From contig NZ_AFWT01000003.1 in assembly GCF_000224065.1 (NCBI RefSeq), positions 89,355 to 129,354 of the forward strand: a stretch of DNA of 40,000 nucleotides, in the 5' to 3' direction. The DNA is from Thiorhodococcus drewsii AZ1. GTDB lineage: Bacteria; Pseudomonadota; Gammaproteobacteria; Chromatiales; Chromatiaceae. Position numbers and translations under genes: made by a program. This document shows positions 8,985-17,691 of this stretch, one piece after another (position 1 is the first letter of the stretch; the number at the start of each line of letters is the position of its first letter). The notes under the pieces were generated by a model that ran no database searches, was not told the origin of the DNA, and worked only from the letters and a program-made list of their open reading frames with translations.

Positions 8985-10131
8985 GCGATCCGAGCTGCTG
9001 ATCGTCGCCAACTCAGGACGCGCGATCGCCGAAGCGGCCGTTCGCGCCGGATACTGGGTGCGGCTGATCGACGCCTTTGCCGATGAGGACAGCCGCGCCT
9101 GCGCCGAATGCATCCAGGTCCCCATGAAGGGCCATGGCCTGGACGCCGATGCCGTTCGGTGCGAGCTGGAGCGGATCCTGTCCCACGCATCGGGGCGCCC
9201 GGATTTGGTCTACGGTGCCGGATTGGAGCCCTCGGCGGATCTTCTCGAATGGCTGGAGTCGAGGGTGACCCTGCTCGGGAACGACTCCACTGTGCTGCGT
9301 TTGCTGGCCGACCCGAACGCCTGGTTCGCGCGGCTCGATCGTCTCGGTATCCACTACCCGGAGGTCCGTTTCGATCCGCCCGAACAGGACGCGGGTTGGC
9401 TGCTCAAGGAGCCCGCGAGCAGCGGCGGTCTTGGGGTTCGGCGCTGGCGCTCAGATCTGTCGCGGCCGGAAGGGGCGCACTATTTCCAGCGCCTTCTGGA
9501 CGGCGTGCCCATGTCCCTGCTCTTCATCGCCGATGGTAAGCGCTCGATCCCGATCGGTTACAGCCGGCTGGCGAATGCAGCCGATGCCATGGATGGCCCG
9601 TTTTTCTATGCGGGGGCCAGAAGCCTCGATGCGGCCGAGGTCGCTCGCTGCCGGGCGATCGAGACCTATGCGCGAGCGCTGGTCGCCGATCTGGGTCTGC
9701 GTGGCATCAACGGTCTGGATTTCATCCTGCATCGGGGGCGGGTCCAGCTGCTGGAGCTCAATCCACGTCCCACGGCGACCCTGGCGCTCCATCCCTCCCC
9801 CTTGGCCGAGGGCTGGATCGCGTGTCATGTTCGGGCCTGCCAGGGTCTGTTGCCGGATCTCGCCCCTCACGCGCCGTCCCATGCGAGCGCCCACCGCATT
9901 CTCTATGCCGAGCGCGATCTCTCGGTTCCGGCTGGACTCTCCTGGCCCGATTGGGTCCGGGATCGGCCCTGGCCCGGAACCTGGATTCCGCGCGGCGCGC
10001 CCCTGTGCAGCCTGTACGCGGAGGCGACCGACGTGGATGTGGAGATGCTGCTCGCCGAGCGCGCTCGTCTGGTCCTCTCGATCCTTGCGGGCAGATCGAC
10101 CCTTTTGATGTCTACCGAGGTGATTTCATGA
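8974..10131 (+). CDS. ATP-grasp domain protein of the H4MPT-linked C1 island (orf5-type, function unresolved)
   Basis: Start ATG 8974 ([27 protein letters not shown]), overlapping the mtdB end by 11 nt. It has an ATP-grasp core ([13 protein letters not shown]..., [23 protein letters not shown]). Its stop overlaps the mch start (ATGA). Confidence 0.75.
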   Translation: MSTERSELLIVANSGRAIAEAAVRAGYWVRLIDAFADEDSRACAECIQVPMKGHGLDADAVRCELERILSHASGRPDLVYGAGLEPSADLLEWLESRVTLLGNDSTVLRLLADPNAWFARLDRLGIHYPEVRFDPPEQDAGWLLKEPASSGGLGVRRWRSDLSRPEGAHYFQRLLDGVPMSLLFIADGKRSIPIGYSRLANAADAMDGPFFYAGARSLDAAEVARCRAIETYARALVADLGLRGINGLDFILHRGRVQLLELNPRPTATLALHPSPLAEGWIACHVRACQGLLPDLAPHAPSHASAHRILYAERDLSVPAGLSWPDWVRDRPWPGTWIPRGAPLCSLYAEATDVDVEMLLAERARLVLSILAGRSTLLMSTEVIS

Positions 10132-11105
10132 TCGAGCGCCGCCCGAGCCTCAACGCTCTCGTTACCCCATTGGTCGACGCACTGGTCGCCGATGCCGATT
10201 GGCTGCGCTTGGAGGTGCGGCGTTTGGAGAACGGCGCCCAGCTCATCGACGCGGGCATCTCGGCGCTCGGCGGTCTGGAGGCCGGGCGACGGATCTCCGA
10301 GATCTGTCTCGGCGGTCTGAGTCGGGTGACGCTGAGCGGCAGCGGTCCAGTCCCCGGTTGGCCGTCCAACGTCGAGGTGAGCGCCGCCGATCCGGTGCTG
10401 GCCTGTCTGGGCAGCCAGTACGCGGGATGGAGTCTGGCGCACGGGGAGGGCAAGGGCGCCTTTCATGCGCTTGGATCCGGTCCCGGTCGGGCGCTCGCCG
10501 GCAAGGAGCCGCTATTCGCCGAACTCCGATATCGCGATCGGTCCGAGCGGGCCTGTCTGATCCTGGAGGTCGACAAGGAGCCGCCGCTTCCATTGGTCGA
10601 CAAGATCGCGAACGAGTGTGGGGTCGATCCATCGGCCCTGACCCTCATTCTCACCCCGACCAGCAGCCTCACCGGGACCGTCCAGATCGTCTCCCGTGTG
10701 CTGGAGGTGGCACTGCACAAGACGCACGAACTGGGGTTCGATCTGGATCGGATCCAAGACGGGATGGGCAGCGCGCCGCTGCCGCCGCCCTCGCCCGATT
10801 TCGTCACCGCCATGGGACGGACCAACGACGCCATTCTCTTCGGCGGGCAGGTGCATCTCTTCCTGGGTGGACGAGACGACGCCATCGAAGAATTGGCCGA
10901 GCGTCTGCCCAGCAGTGCTTCGCGCGACTACGGACGGCCGTTCGCCGAGGTCTTCAAGGCCTACGACTACGATTTCTTTCAGGTCGATCCGCTGCTCTTC
11001 AGCCCGGCCCGGATTCTGCTGACCGCCGTGGAGAGCGGGCGCACCTTTGCGGCGGGCCGGATCGACCTCGATCTGCTCGCGGCCTCCTTCGGGATCGCTC
11101 CATGA
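10128..11105 (+). CDS. mch: Methenyl-tetrahydromethanopterin cyclohydrolase
   Basis: 325 aa from ATG 10128 ([17 protein letters not shown]...). Mch-family strings are present: [28 protein letters not shown]. It is translationally coupled on both sides. Confidence 0.9.
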   Translation: MIERRPSLNALVTPLVDALVADADWLRLEVRRLENGAQLIDAGISALGGLEAGRRISEICLGGLSRVTLSGSGPVPGWPSNVEVSAADPVLACLGSQYAGWSLAHGEGKGAFHALGSGPGRALAGKEPLFAELRYRDRSERACLILEVDKEPPLPLVDKIANECGVDPSALTLILTPTSSLTGTVQIVSRVLEVALHKTHELGFDLDRIQDGMGSAPLPPPSPDFVTAMGRTNDAILFGGQVHLFLGGRDDAIEELAERLPSSASRDYGRPFAEVFKAYDYDFFQVDPLLFSPARILLTAVESGRTFAAGRIDLDLLAASFGIAP

Positions 11106-12028
11106 CCCAGCCGAGTCGGCGTATCGCCATCTGCACCGACGATCCGGGCTGGCACGGCGCGCGTCTGCGCCGGGCCTTTGCCGAGCATGGCTGGGACAGT
11201 GGCTATGTCTCGCTGCAGGCGTGCCGCTTCGATTTGACGGACGATGGCGATGGCGCCGGACTGGTCATCCCCGGCTTCGATGGATTGCCGGATGGTGCCT
11301 TTGTGCGCGGCGTTCCGGGCGGCACGCTGGAACAGGTCACCTTCCATCTGGACGTACTGCATGCCCTGCGCCGACTCGGCATCCTGGTCTATAACGACGC
11401 GCGTGCCATCGAGCGTAGCGTCGACAAATGCATGACCAGCTTTCTGCTGCGTACCGCCGGTATTCCGACCCCTCCGACCTGGTGCGCGCGCGACCCCGAC
11501 TGGATCGCCGAACTGGTCGAGCGCGAACTGGCCGCCGGTCACCAGCTGGTCCACAAACCGCTCTTCGGCTCGCAGGGTGAGGGGCTGACGCGGGTGCGCG
11601 AACGCGGCGACCTTCCCGCGCCGGACGACTGCAACGGTATCCATTACCTTCAGCGCTTCATCCCGACCGGCGATGCGGGTGCGCACGACTGGCGCGTCTT
11701 CGTCGTCGGCGGACAGGCCCTGGCGGCCATGCGCCGTTCGAGTCGCGACTGGATCACCAACGTCGCCCAGGGCGCAAGCTGTCACCCGGCGGTGCTGGAC
11801 GCCGAGCTGCGCACCCTGGCCGAGTCAGCCTCGGCCGCGCTCGGGATGGCCTATACCGGTGTCGACATCCTGCGCGATCGCGAGGGTCGAGCCTGGGTCA
11901 TCGAGGTCAACGGGGTGCCCGCCTGGAAGGGGCTGCAGCAGGTGTGCGGGCTCGATCTGGCCGAGGTGCTGGTGTCGGATATGCTGCGCCGTATTCACGA
12001 GAATCGCGTCATGGAGGCCGTGTCATGA
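11102..12028 (+). CDS. mptN: RimK-type ATP-grasp ligase, probable tetrahydromethanopterin:alpha-L-glutamate ligase
   Basis: 308 aa from ATG 11102 ([19 protein letters not shown]). It has a RimK-like core ([51 protein letters not shown]). The functional name is inferred from its position in the island. Confidence 0.75.
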   Translation: MTQPSRRIAICTDDPGWHGARLRRAFAEHGWDSGYVSLQACRFDLTDDGDGAGLVIPGFDGLPDGAFVRGVPGGTLEQVTFHLDVLHALRRLGILVYNDARAIERSVDKCMTSFLLRTAGIPTPPTWCARDPDWIAELVERELAAGHQLVHKPLFGSQGEGLTRVRERGDLPAPDDCNGIHYLQRFIPTGDAGAHDWRVFVVGGQALAAMRRSSRDWITNVAQGASCHPAVLDAELRTLAESASAALGMAYTGVDILRDREGRAWVIEVNGVPAWKGLQQVCGLDLAEVLVSDMLRRIHENRVMEAVS

Positions 12029-12993
12029 GGCTATTCCATCGGTGCGATCCGGTCTCGAACGGCGGGATGCCGGTGCGTCGCGCCCAGCTGATGCGTCTCT
12101 ATCGCCAGGCGTGCCTGCTGGAGCTGGAGGCGCTCAAGCCCGGCAACGTCCATCGCTACGCCTCGGGACATGGGATGTGCGTCGAGGACTTCGTCCACAG
12201 CGTCGAGGCGAGCGCCGCACCCTTGACCGAGCCGGGGATCGGACTCGGCGCGCGTATTCATGGCGCCGTGGCCGCGACCCGCGAGGCCGTCGGCTGCAAC
12301 ACCAACCTTGGCATCCTGCTGCTGTGTGCTCCGCTGATCCAGGCGGCGCTTGATCCGCGCCCGACGCTCGGTCTGCGCGAACGGCTTGCAGAGATCCTGC
12401 GAACGACCGACGTCGAGGATACGGATTGGCTGTTCCGGGCCATCCGATTGGCGGCGCCGGGTGGACTGGGCGAGGCGTCGGAGCACGATGTGCGCGGCGG
12501 CGCGGGCGCGCACCTGATCGAGGTCATGGCCAGCGCCGCCTCTCGGGACCGCATCGCCCGTCAGTACGCCACCGATTATGCCGACCTTTTCGAGGTTGCC
12601 CAGCCGCTGTCGGTCGATCTCGACGGACGCTGGCAGGATCGGGCCTGGTCGACCGCCTTGCTCTATCTGGAGCTGCTCGCGCGTTGGCCGGACTCGCACA
12701 TCGCGCGTAAGCAGGGGGCCGAGACGGCCGAGGAGGTGCGCGAGCGCGCCGCCGTCCTGCTCGACGATGTGCGGCGGGCGAAACATCCTCGGATGCGGCG
12801 GGCCGAGCTGCTTGCGTTCGATCGGGAACTCAAGGATGCCGGCATCAATCCAGGTACCTCGGCGGATCTGACGGTCGCAACCCGTTTGCTGCGCGGGTTG
12901 GAAACCGCTCCCTCAGTGTTCGAGCCCACGGCGGCATGTCGCCGTCTTTCCGATGTCCCGGCGGGCGGTGGCGCCACCGGGATCTGTTCTTGA
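12025..12993 (+). CDS. Triphosphoribosyl-dephospho-CoA synthase (CitG/MdcB) family protein of the H4MPT island (orf7-type)
   Basis: Start ATG 12025 forms an ATGA overlap with the mptN stop. CitG-like strings are present: ELEALKPGNVHR, NTNLGILLL, PGTSADL. An alternative start is at MPVRRAQL. Confidence 0.75.
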   Translation: MRLFHRCDPVSNGGMPVRRAQLMRLYRQACLLELEALKPGNVHRYASGHGMCVEDFVHSVEASAAPLTEPGIGLGARIHGAVAATREAVGCNTNLGILLLCAPLIQAALDPRPTLGLRERLAEILRTTDVEDTDWLFRAIRLAAPGGLGEASEHDVRGGAGAHLIEVMASAASRDRIARQYATDYADLFEVAQPLSVDLDGRWQDRAWSTALLYLELLARWPDSHIARKQGAETAEEVRERAAVLLDDVRRAKHPRMRRAELLAFDRELKDAGINPGTSADLTVATRLLRGLETAPSVFEPTAACRRLSDVPAGGGATGICS

Positions 12994-13023
12994 ATCAACC
13001 ACCACCACGAAGGAGACATCACG

Positions 13024-13536
13024 ATGGCTGTCATCAACAAGACTCTGGTCGGCGAATCCCTGGTCGGCGACGGCAACGAGGTTGCGCACATCGACCTGCT
13101 CATGGGGCCGCGTGGCTCGGCGGTCGAGACCGCCTTCTGCAACGGTCTGGTCAACAACAAGGACGGCTTCACCAGCCTGCTGGCCGTGGTTGCCCCCAAC
13201 CTGCCGGTCAAGCCGAACACCATGATGTTCAACAAGGTCACGATCAAAGGGGCCAAGCAGGCGGTGCAGATGTTCGGGCCGGCCCAGCGCGGTGTCGCCA
13301 TGGCGGTAGCCGATTGCGTCGAGGACGGCACCATTCCGGCCGACGAGGCGGACGACCTCTTCATCTGTGTCGGCGTCTTCATCCACTGGGAGGCCGAGGA
13401 CGACGCCAAGATCCAGGATTTCAACTATCAGGCGACCAAGGAGTCCATCAAGCGCGCCGTGGCTGGCGAGCCCAAGGCCAAGGACGTCGTCGCCCAGAAG
13501 GGTGGCGCCTCGCACCCCTTTGCCGCCCACGACTGA
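13024..13536 (+). CDS. fae: Formaldehyde-activating enzyme
   Basis: 170-aa ORF beginning [38 protein letters not shown]...[15 protein letters not shown], which is the canonical Fae sequence pattern. A strong SD (AAGGAGA) lies 7 nt upstream. Confidence 0.95.
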   Translation: MAVINKTLVGESLVGDGNEVAHIDLLMGPRGSAVETAFCNGLVNNKDGFTSLLAVVAPNLPVKPNTMMFNKVTIKGAKQAVQMFGPAQRGVAMAVADCVEDGTIPADEADDLFICVGVFIHWEAEDDAKIQDFNYQATKESIKRAVAGEPKAKDVVAQKGGASHPFAAHD

Positions 13537-13549
13537 TCTGACGCTGGAG

Positions 13550-13569
13550 CGCGGACCGCTCGGTCCGCG
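13550..13569 (+). other. GC-rich stem-loop directly after fae (8-bp stem CGCGGACC/GGTCCGCG, 4-nt loop)
   Basis: Read directly from the sequence. It has no U-tract, so it is more likely an mRNA-stabilising or partial-attenuation hairpin than a full terminator. Confidence 0.5.
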
Positions 13570-13572
13570 TTC

Positions 13573-14784
13573 ATGCAGGAGCGATCGCAAGTGACGATGC
13601 AGGATATGGGGGAGGTCCGCTCGGTCGGGCTGGAGCAATGGCTCGACGCCGAAGGACTGACCCTTCAGGAATACGCCATCCGCCATCATGTGCCGCTCGA
13701 TCTGTTGGTCGAGCGCAACGATCTGAATCGTCCGGATCGGATCTCGGACTATCCGCCGCCGAGTCACTATCCGGGCGAGCGCGCCCGAGCCGTGCTGCGT
13801 GGGCTTGGCTGGGCCGGCCTGCTGCGCGAGGAAGGCGATTTCAGCGTGCTTCCCGGCGAGGTGCGGCGCCTCGATCTGCTGTTCTGGAATCTCGACGCGC
13901 TGAGCGATTACGGCTTTCGTTTCCGTCAGGAATACCGCTACAGCGACCGCTCCCATCGGGTGGTCGCCCACAATCGCCTCAAGGCACCCAAGTCGAATCT
14001 GAGCCTCTTGGATGCCGTGCCCCATTGTCCCGTTCCGCCGCCCGATTTTTGGCTCGCCCTGGCGACCTTCGTCGCGCACGTGGCCGAATGGCACGCGGGC
14101 TATCTCTTCATGCCCTTTCAGCAGGCATCCCAGGCGCACTGGGTTGCGGTCGAGCTGGAACGTCAGGGGATCACCGTCATCGAGCTGGACGCCGCCGATC
14201 AGCCGGGCGGGGCGCTGTTGCGCACCCACGCCCTGGCGGACACCCAATGTCTGCTGGATCGGCTGCGTCCCCATCTGAGCGCCATGCCCGGTGCATTGGA
14301 GCGTTTCGAGCAGGAGACCCCGACGCTCACCGTCTGCAAGAACCTGGTCTTCGACTCGGCCCACTTCATCACCGACCATCCGGCCAAGTGCTCCAACCTG
14401 CACGGCGGGCGCTATGCCCTGAACGTCAAGGTGCGCGGGCGCATGGATCCGGTGACCGGCTGCGTGATCGACTACGGCTATCTCAAACGGGTCGTCGGCC
14501 GGCGGGTGATCGAGCGTTTCGATCACGCCACACTCAACTACGCCGCCTCCGAACTGGCCTGGCGCTCAAGCACCGAGATGCTGTGCGTCTTTATCTGGGA
14601 GCAGCTCATCGATTATCTTCCCGGCCTCGTCGAGCTTGAGCTACACGAGACCACCCAATCCTGGTGCAATTACAGCGGCCCCAGTCTCGCCGATTTCCAG
14701 CGCGACGGCAGTGACCCGGTCCTGACCCATTTCCAGCGTCAGATCGGCGCCTCGTCCTGGCGCGCGTCCGTCGCAGCGATCTGA
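13573..14784 (+). CDS. Fusion protein: unrecognised ~240-aa N-terminal domain + COG0720 (6-pyruvoyl-tetrahydropterin synthase / QueD-like) C-terminal domain
   Basis: 403-aa ORF. The C-terminal part (VCKNLVFDSAHFITDHPAKCSNLHGGRYALNVKVRGRMDPVTGCVIDYGYLKRVV...FDHATLNY...LELHETTQSW) aligns by eye to the QueD/PTPS pattern F.F.AAH...C...HGH...D..TG...DF..L......DH..LN....ET. Codon usage in the N-terminal 240 codons looks like genuine coding sequence (ctg/gag/gac-rich, high GC3). The start is uncertain among 13573, 13597 and 13606. Confidence 0.75.
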   Translation: MQERSQVTMQDMGEVRSVGLEQWLDAEGLTLQEYAIRHHVPLDLLVERNDLNRPDRISDYPPPSHYPGERARAVLRGLGWAGLLREEGDFSVLPGEVRRLDLLFWNLDALSDYGFRFRQEYRYSDRSHRVVAHNRLKAPKSNLSLLDAVPHCPVPPPDFWLALATFVAHVAEWHAGYLFMPFQQASQAHWVAVELERQGITVIELDAADQPGGALLRTHALADTQCLLDRLRPHLSAMPGALERFEQETPTLTVCKNLVFDSAHFITDHPAKCSNLHGGRYALNVKVRGRMDPVTGCVIDYGYLKRVVGRRVIERFDHATLNYAASELAWRSSTEMLCVFIWEQLIDYLPGLVELELHETTQSWCNYSGPSLADFQRDGSDPVLTHFQRQIGASSWRASVAAI

Positions 14785-14844
14785 CGCAGCCTGATCCGGT
14801 GACACCGTTGAATCGGGGGCGAGCGTTGGCGTTGTTTGGTAGCC

Positions 14845-14871
14845 CCTGGATTTCGCTGCGTTGCATCCTGG
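14845..14871. repeat. REP-like hairpin, copy B (stem CCTGGAT/ATCCTGG with one mismatch, loop TTCGCTGCGTTGC)
   Basis: Read directly from the sequence. It lies in the convergent gap between the PTPS-fusion stop (14784) and the HisA/F-like stop (14872). Confidence 0.65.
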
Positions 14872-15549
14872 TTATTGGGTGATCCTGGCGGCGGGGATGT
14901 GGCCCTGATGCAGTGCAGTGGCGACGAGGGCACCGGCGATGCCGAGCGCGTCGAGTCGTTCCAGGTCGGCTGGGCTGCGGACGCCTCCGGCGGCATGGAT
15001 GCGGTGGCTCGGCGCCAGACGGCGCAGCGCGGCGAGTCGGTCGAGGTCCGGTCCTTGCGCGCTGCCGACCCTTGCCAGCGTCATGAGGATGACATCGTCG
15101 GGCCAGAGCGCGGGATTCGCGGCCAGCCCGGCGGGGCCGAGCGGTTGCTCGCCACGGTAGTCGAGCGATAGCACCGCATCCGGGTAGCGCGCGCGCAGCT
15201 CGGCCAGTTGGTCGAGCGATTCGAGCGATTCGCTACCCAGCACCGGACGGACGAGGGCGGCGAGCCGATCGAGTGCGGTAAGCCCGCTGTCCACCCAAAG
15301 CCTCGGCGTGGGGTGCCGCCGGTGCAGCTGCTCGATCTGGTCGACATGATCGCCGTCCCCGGCGATGGCGTTCAGGTCGGCGATATAGAGGCTTTCAACG
15401 GGATAGCGTCTCAGAATGGCCGTCGCCACCTCGTCCAATTGACTGGATGGGCAAAGTGGCGAGACGAGCGGTTCATAGGTGTCTCGCCGACCCTGCCGCG
15501 CGGCGACCACTTGGCCGTTCTTCAGGTCGATGACAGGTATCAGTTTCAT
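14872..15549 (-). CDS. HisA/HisF-family (beta/alpha)8-barrel protein of the H4MPT island (orf20-type)
   Basis: 225-aa ORF. The N-terminus MKLIPVIDLKNGQVV and the C-terminal AAGGVRSPADLERL match the phosphate-binding elements of the HisA/HisF family. Confidence 0.8.
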   Translation of the reverse strand: MKLIPVIDLKNGQVVAARQGRRDTYEPLVSPLCPSSQLDEVATAILRRYPVESLYIADLNAIAGDGDHVDQIEQLHRRHPTPRLWVDSGLTALDRLAALVRPVLGSESLESLDQLAELRARYPDAVLSLDYRGEQPLGPAGLAANPALWPDDVILMTLARVGSAQGPDLDRLAALRRLAPSHRIHAAGGVRSPADLERLDALGIAGALVATALHQGHIPAARITQ

Positions 15550-15561
15550 TTCGGATTGGGC

Positions 15562-16566
15562 ATGCGCATTTTCGTCTTCGAATACATCACTGGTGGCGGT
15601 TTGCTGGACACTGCCCTAACTCCTTCGCTGGTGCGCGAGGGCGATATGATGCTGCGTGCCTTGGTCTCCGATCTCACCGTGCTGGATGGGGTGGAGTGTC
15701 TCATCACGCGCGACGCACGGCTCGCCCCGCTGAGTCTTCCCATCGAGTCCCGTAGCGTTCACTCGCCCGAGCAGTTCACCCAGGTCTGGGGCGAAACCCT
15801 CTCCGATGTCGATGCTGTCTGGCCCATCGTGCCCGAGCATCAACAGGCACTGGGGCGTATCACCGGGGCCATTCTTGCCTCGGGCAAGCGGCTGCTCAAC
15901 AGCCGTCCCCGTGCCGTGATGACCGCGACCAGCAAGATCCAGACGCTGCGCGTGCTGGAGTCCGCCGGGCTTCCGGTCGTTCCCACCTTCGCGTGCGAGG
16001 ATGTCCTGCCCGACATTCGAGGCCGCTGGGTGCTCAAGCCGGACGATGGTGTCGGTTGTCTCGGGATCCGGTTGTTCCAGGATCGCGATCTCCTCTGCGG
16101 TGCCTGGGATCATCTGGAGGAGGGCTGTATCTATGTCGCGCAGCCGTTCGTTCAGGGCACCCCGGCCAGTCTGAGCCTCATTGCCCGCGACGGCGAGGCG
16201 CGTCTGCTCAGCGTCAACCGTCAGCGCATGGCCCTGATGGATGAGGAACTGGTTCTGCTCGGTTGCGTGGTCAACGCCTGGGACGCGCGAGATTCCGGCT
16301 TGCGCGCACTGGCCGCGCGCATTGCGGCCGCCATGCCTGATCTCTGGGGCTATGTTGGCGTCGATCTGATCTTGACCGAGGATGGACCGCGAATTCTGGA
16401 GGTCAATCCGCGCCTCACCACCTCTTACGTCGGGATCAAGGACGCACTTGGACTCAATCCGGCCGCGGTGGTGCTTGGCCTCGATGCCGGCGGCTGGCCG
16501 GAGGTCGATTCGGCCGAGTCGGGGAGGGCGATCGAAATCTGTCTGGAGGATTCTGACGTTGCCTGA
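15562..16566 (+). CDS. ATP-grasp ligase of the C1 island (orf21-type; MfnD-like tyramine-glutamate ligase candidate)
   Basis: 334 aa from ATG 15562 (MRIFVFEYITGGGLL). It has an ATP-grasp core (RWVLKPDDGVGCLGI, YVGVDLILTEDGPRILEVNPRLTTSY). The MfnD equivalence is from memory of family assignments and is unverified. Confidence 0.7.
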   Translation: MRIFVFEYITGGGLLDTALTPSLVREGDMMLRALVSDLTVLDGVECLITRDARLAPLSLPIESRSVHSPEQFTQVWGETLSDVDAVWPIVPEHQQALGRITGAILASGKRLLNSRPRAVMTATSKIQTLRVLESAGLPVVPTFACEDVLPDIRGRWVLKPDDGVGCLGIRLFQDRDLLCGAWDHLEEGCIYVAQPFVQGTPASLSLIARDGEARLLSVNRQRMALMDEELVLLGCVVNAWDARDSGLRALAARIAAAMPDLWGYVGVDLILTEDGPRILEVNPRLTTSYVGIKDALGLNPAAVVLGLDAGGWPEVDSAESGRAIEICLEDSDVA

Positions 16567-17599
16567 GACTTGGATTGGTTGGGACTTGGGAGGTGCGAAC
16601 CTCAAGGCGGTTCAGCTCGATGCGGCTGGCAGGGCCTTGGAGGTGGTCCAGGTCGCCTGTCCGCTCTGGCAGGGGGTGGAACATCTGCATGCCGGGATCG
16701 ACAGGGTGCTGGAGCGCTTGGTGGATCCGCGCCCGCATCGGCATGCGGTGACCATGACCGGTGAACTGGCCGACCTGTTCGAGGGACGGAACCAAGGCGT
16801 TGCGACGCTCGTTTCGGTCATGCGCGAGCGTCTCGGCGAGGAGCCGCTCCTCATCTATGCCGGAGCGGCCGGATTCGTCGATCCGGCGCGGGCGGTCGAT
16901 CTGGCCCATCAGGTCGCCTCGGCCAACTGGATGGCGAGCGCCGCGCTGGCCGCCTCGATCGTGCCCGAAGGTCTGCTGATCGATATCGGTAGCACCACGA
17001 CCGATTTGGTGCCCTTTGCCGAAGGCGCGGTCAGCGCCTGGGGCACGACCGATCACGAGCGTTTGCGTCATGGCGAACTCCTCTATGCCGGGGTTGGGCG
17101 GACCCCGCTCATGTCGCTGGCCCAGCGCGCGCCTTTCGATGGGGTCTGGGTGCCGCTGATGGCGGAGCACTTTGCGACCACGGGCGACGTCTATCGTCTG
17201 ACCGGCGAACTGCCGGATCATGCGGACCTGCTGCCGAGCGCCGATGGACGCGAGAAGACGCCGATGGCGAGCGCCCGGCGCTTGGCCCGCATGCTGGGTC
17301 TCGATGTCGAGGCGGCGGATCAACAGGGCTGGCAGCGACTCGCCGAGTATCTCGCCGAGGTGCAGCTTCAGGGGCTCATGGAGGCCAGCGCCTGTCTCTT
17401 GTCGCGTGGTGAGCTGGTGGCCCAGGCACCGATTCTGGGGGCGGGTGTCGGGCGTTTCCTGGCCCGCCGTCTGGCCGAACGATTGGGTCGGCCCTATATC
17501 GGATTCGAGTCGCTGTTCGCGCCGAGCGAGGTTGGCGCGCCGGATATGGCTGACTGCGCTCCGGCCGCCGCGCTCGCGCGTCTGGCGGCCATGATCTGA
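16559..17599 (+). CDS. Hydantoinase/oxoprolinase-like 'H4MPT-linked C1 transfer pathway protein' (orf17-type; MfnF-like candidate)
   Basis: I propose a TTG start at 16559, preceded by GGAGGA (16545-16550). It overlaps the upstream stop by 8 nt. The N-terminal WIGWDLGGANLK and the later LIDIGSTTTDL are the two ASKHA-type phosphate motifs. The start codon choice is uncertain. Confidence 0.72.
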   Translation: MPETWIGWDLGGANLKAVQLDAAGRALEVVQVACPLWQGVEHLHAGIDRVLERLVDPRPHRHAVTMTGELADLFEGRNQGVATLVSVMRERLGEEPLLIYAGAAGFVDPARAVDLAHQVASANWMASAALAASIVPEGLLIDIGSTTTDLVPFAEGAVSAWGTTDHERLRHGELLYAGVGRTPLMSLAQRAPFDGVWVPLMAEHFATTGDVYRLTGELPDHADLLPSADGREKTPMASARRLARMLGLDVEAADQQGWQRLAEYLAEVQLQGLMEASACLLSRGELVAQAPILGAGVGRFLARRLAERLGRPYIGFESLFAPSEVGAPDMADCAPAAALARLAAMI

Positions 17600-17691
17600 T
17601 CAGCGGTGCGCTCCGCTCCGATCAACCGTGGTCGTGGAGCGTTCCCTTGTTGTCAACCTGGTCTGAAATCCAGGTACTCGATTCGGCCTCA

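Noticed and set aside
12913-14526. 537-aa minus-strand ORF, and the 333-aa plus-strand ORF 13638..14639
   Set aside because: Both are antisense to, or out of frame with, fae and the PTPS-fusion gene. Their composition is Arg/Gly/Pro-rich and no family resemblance is apparent.
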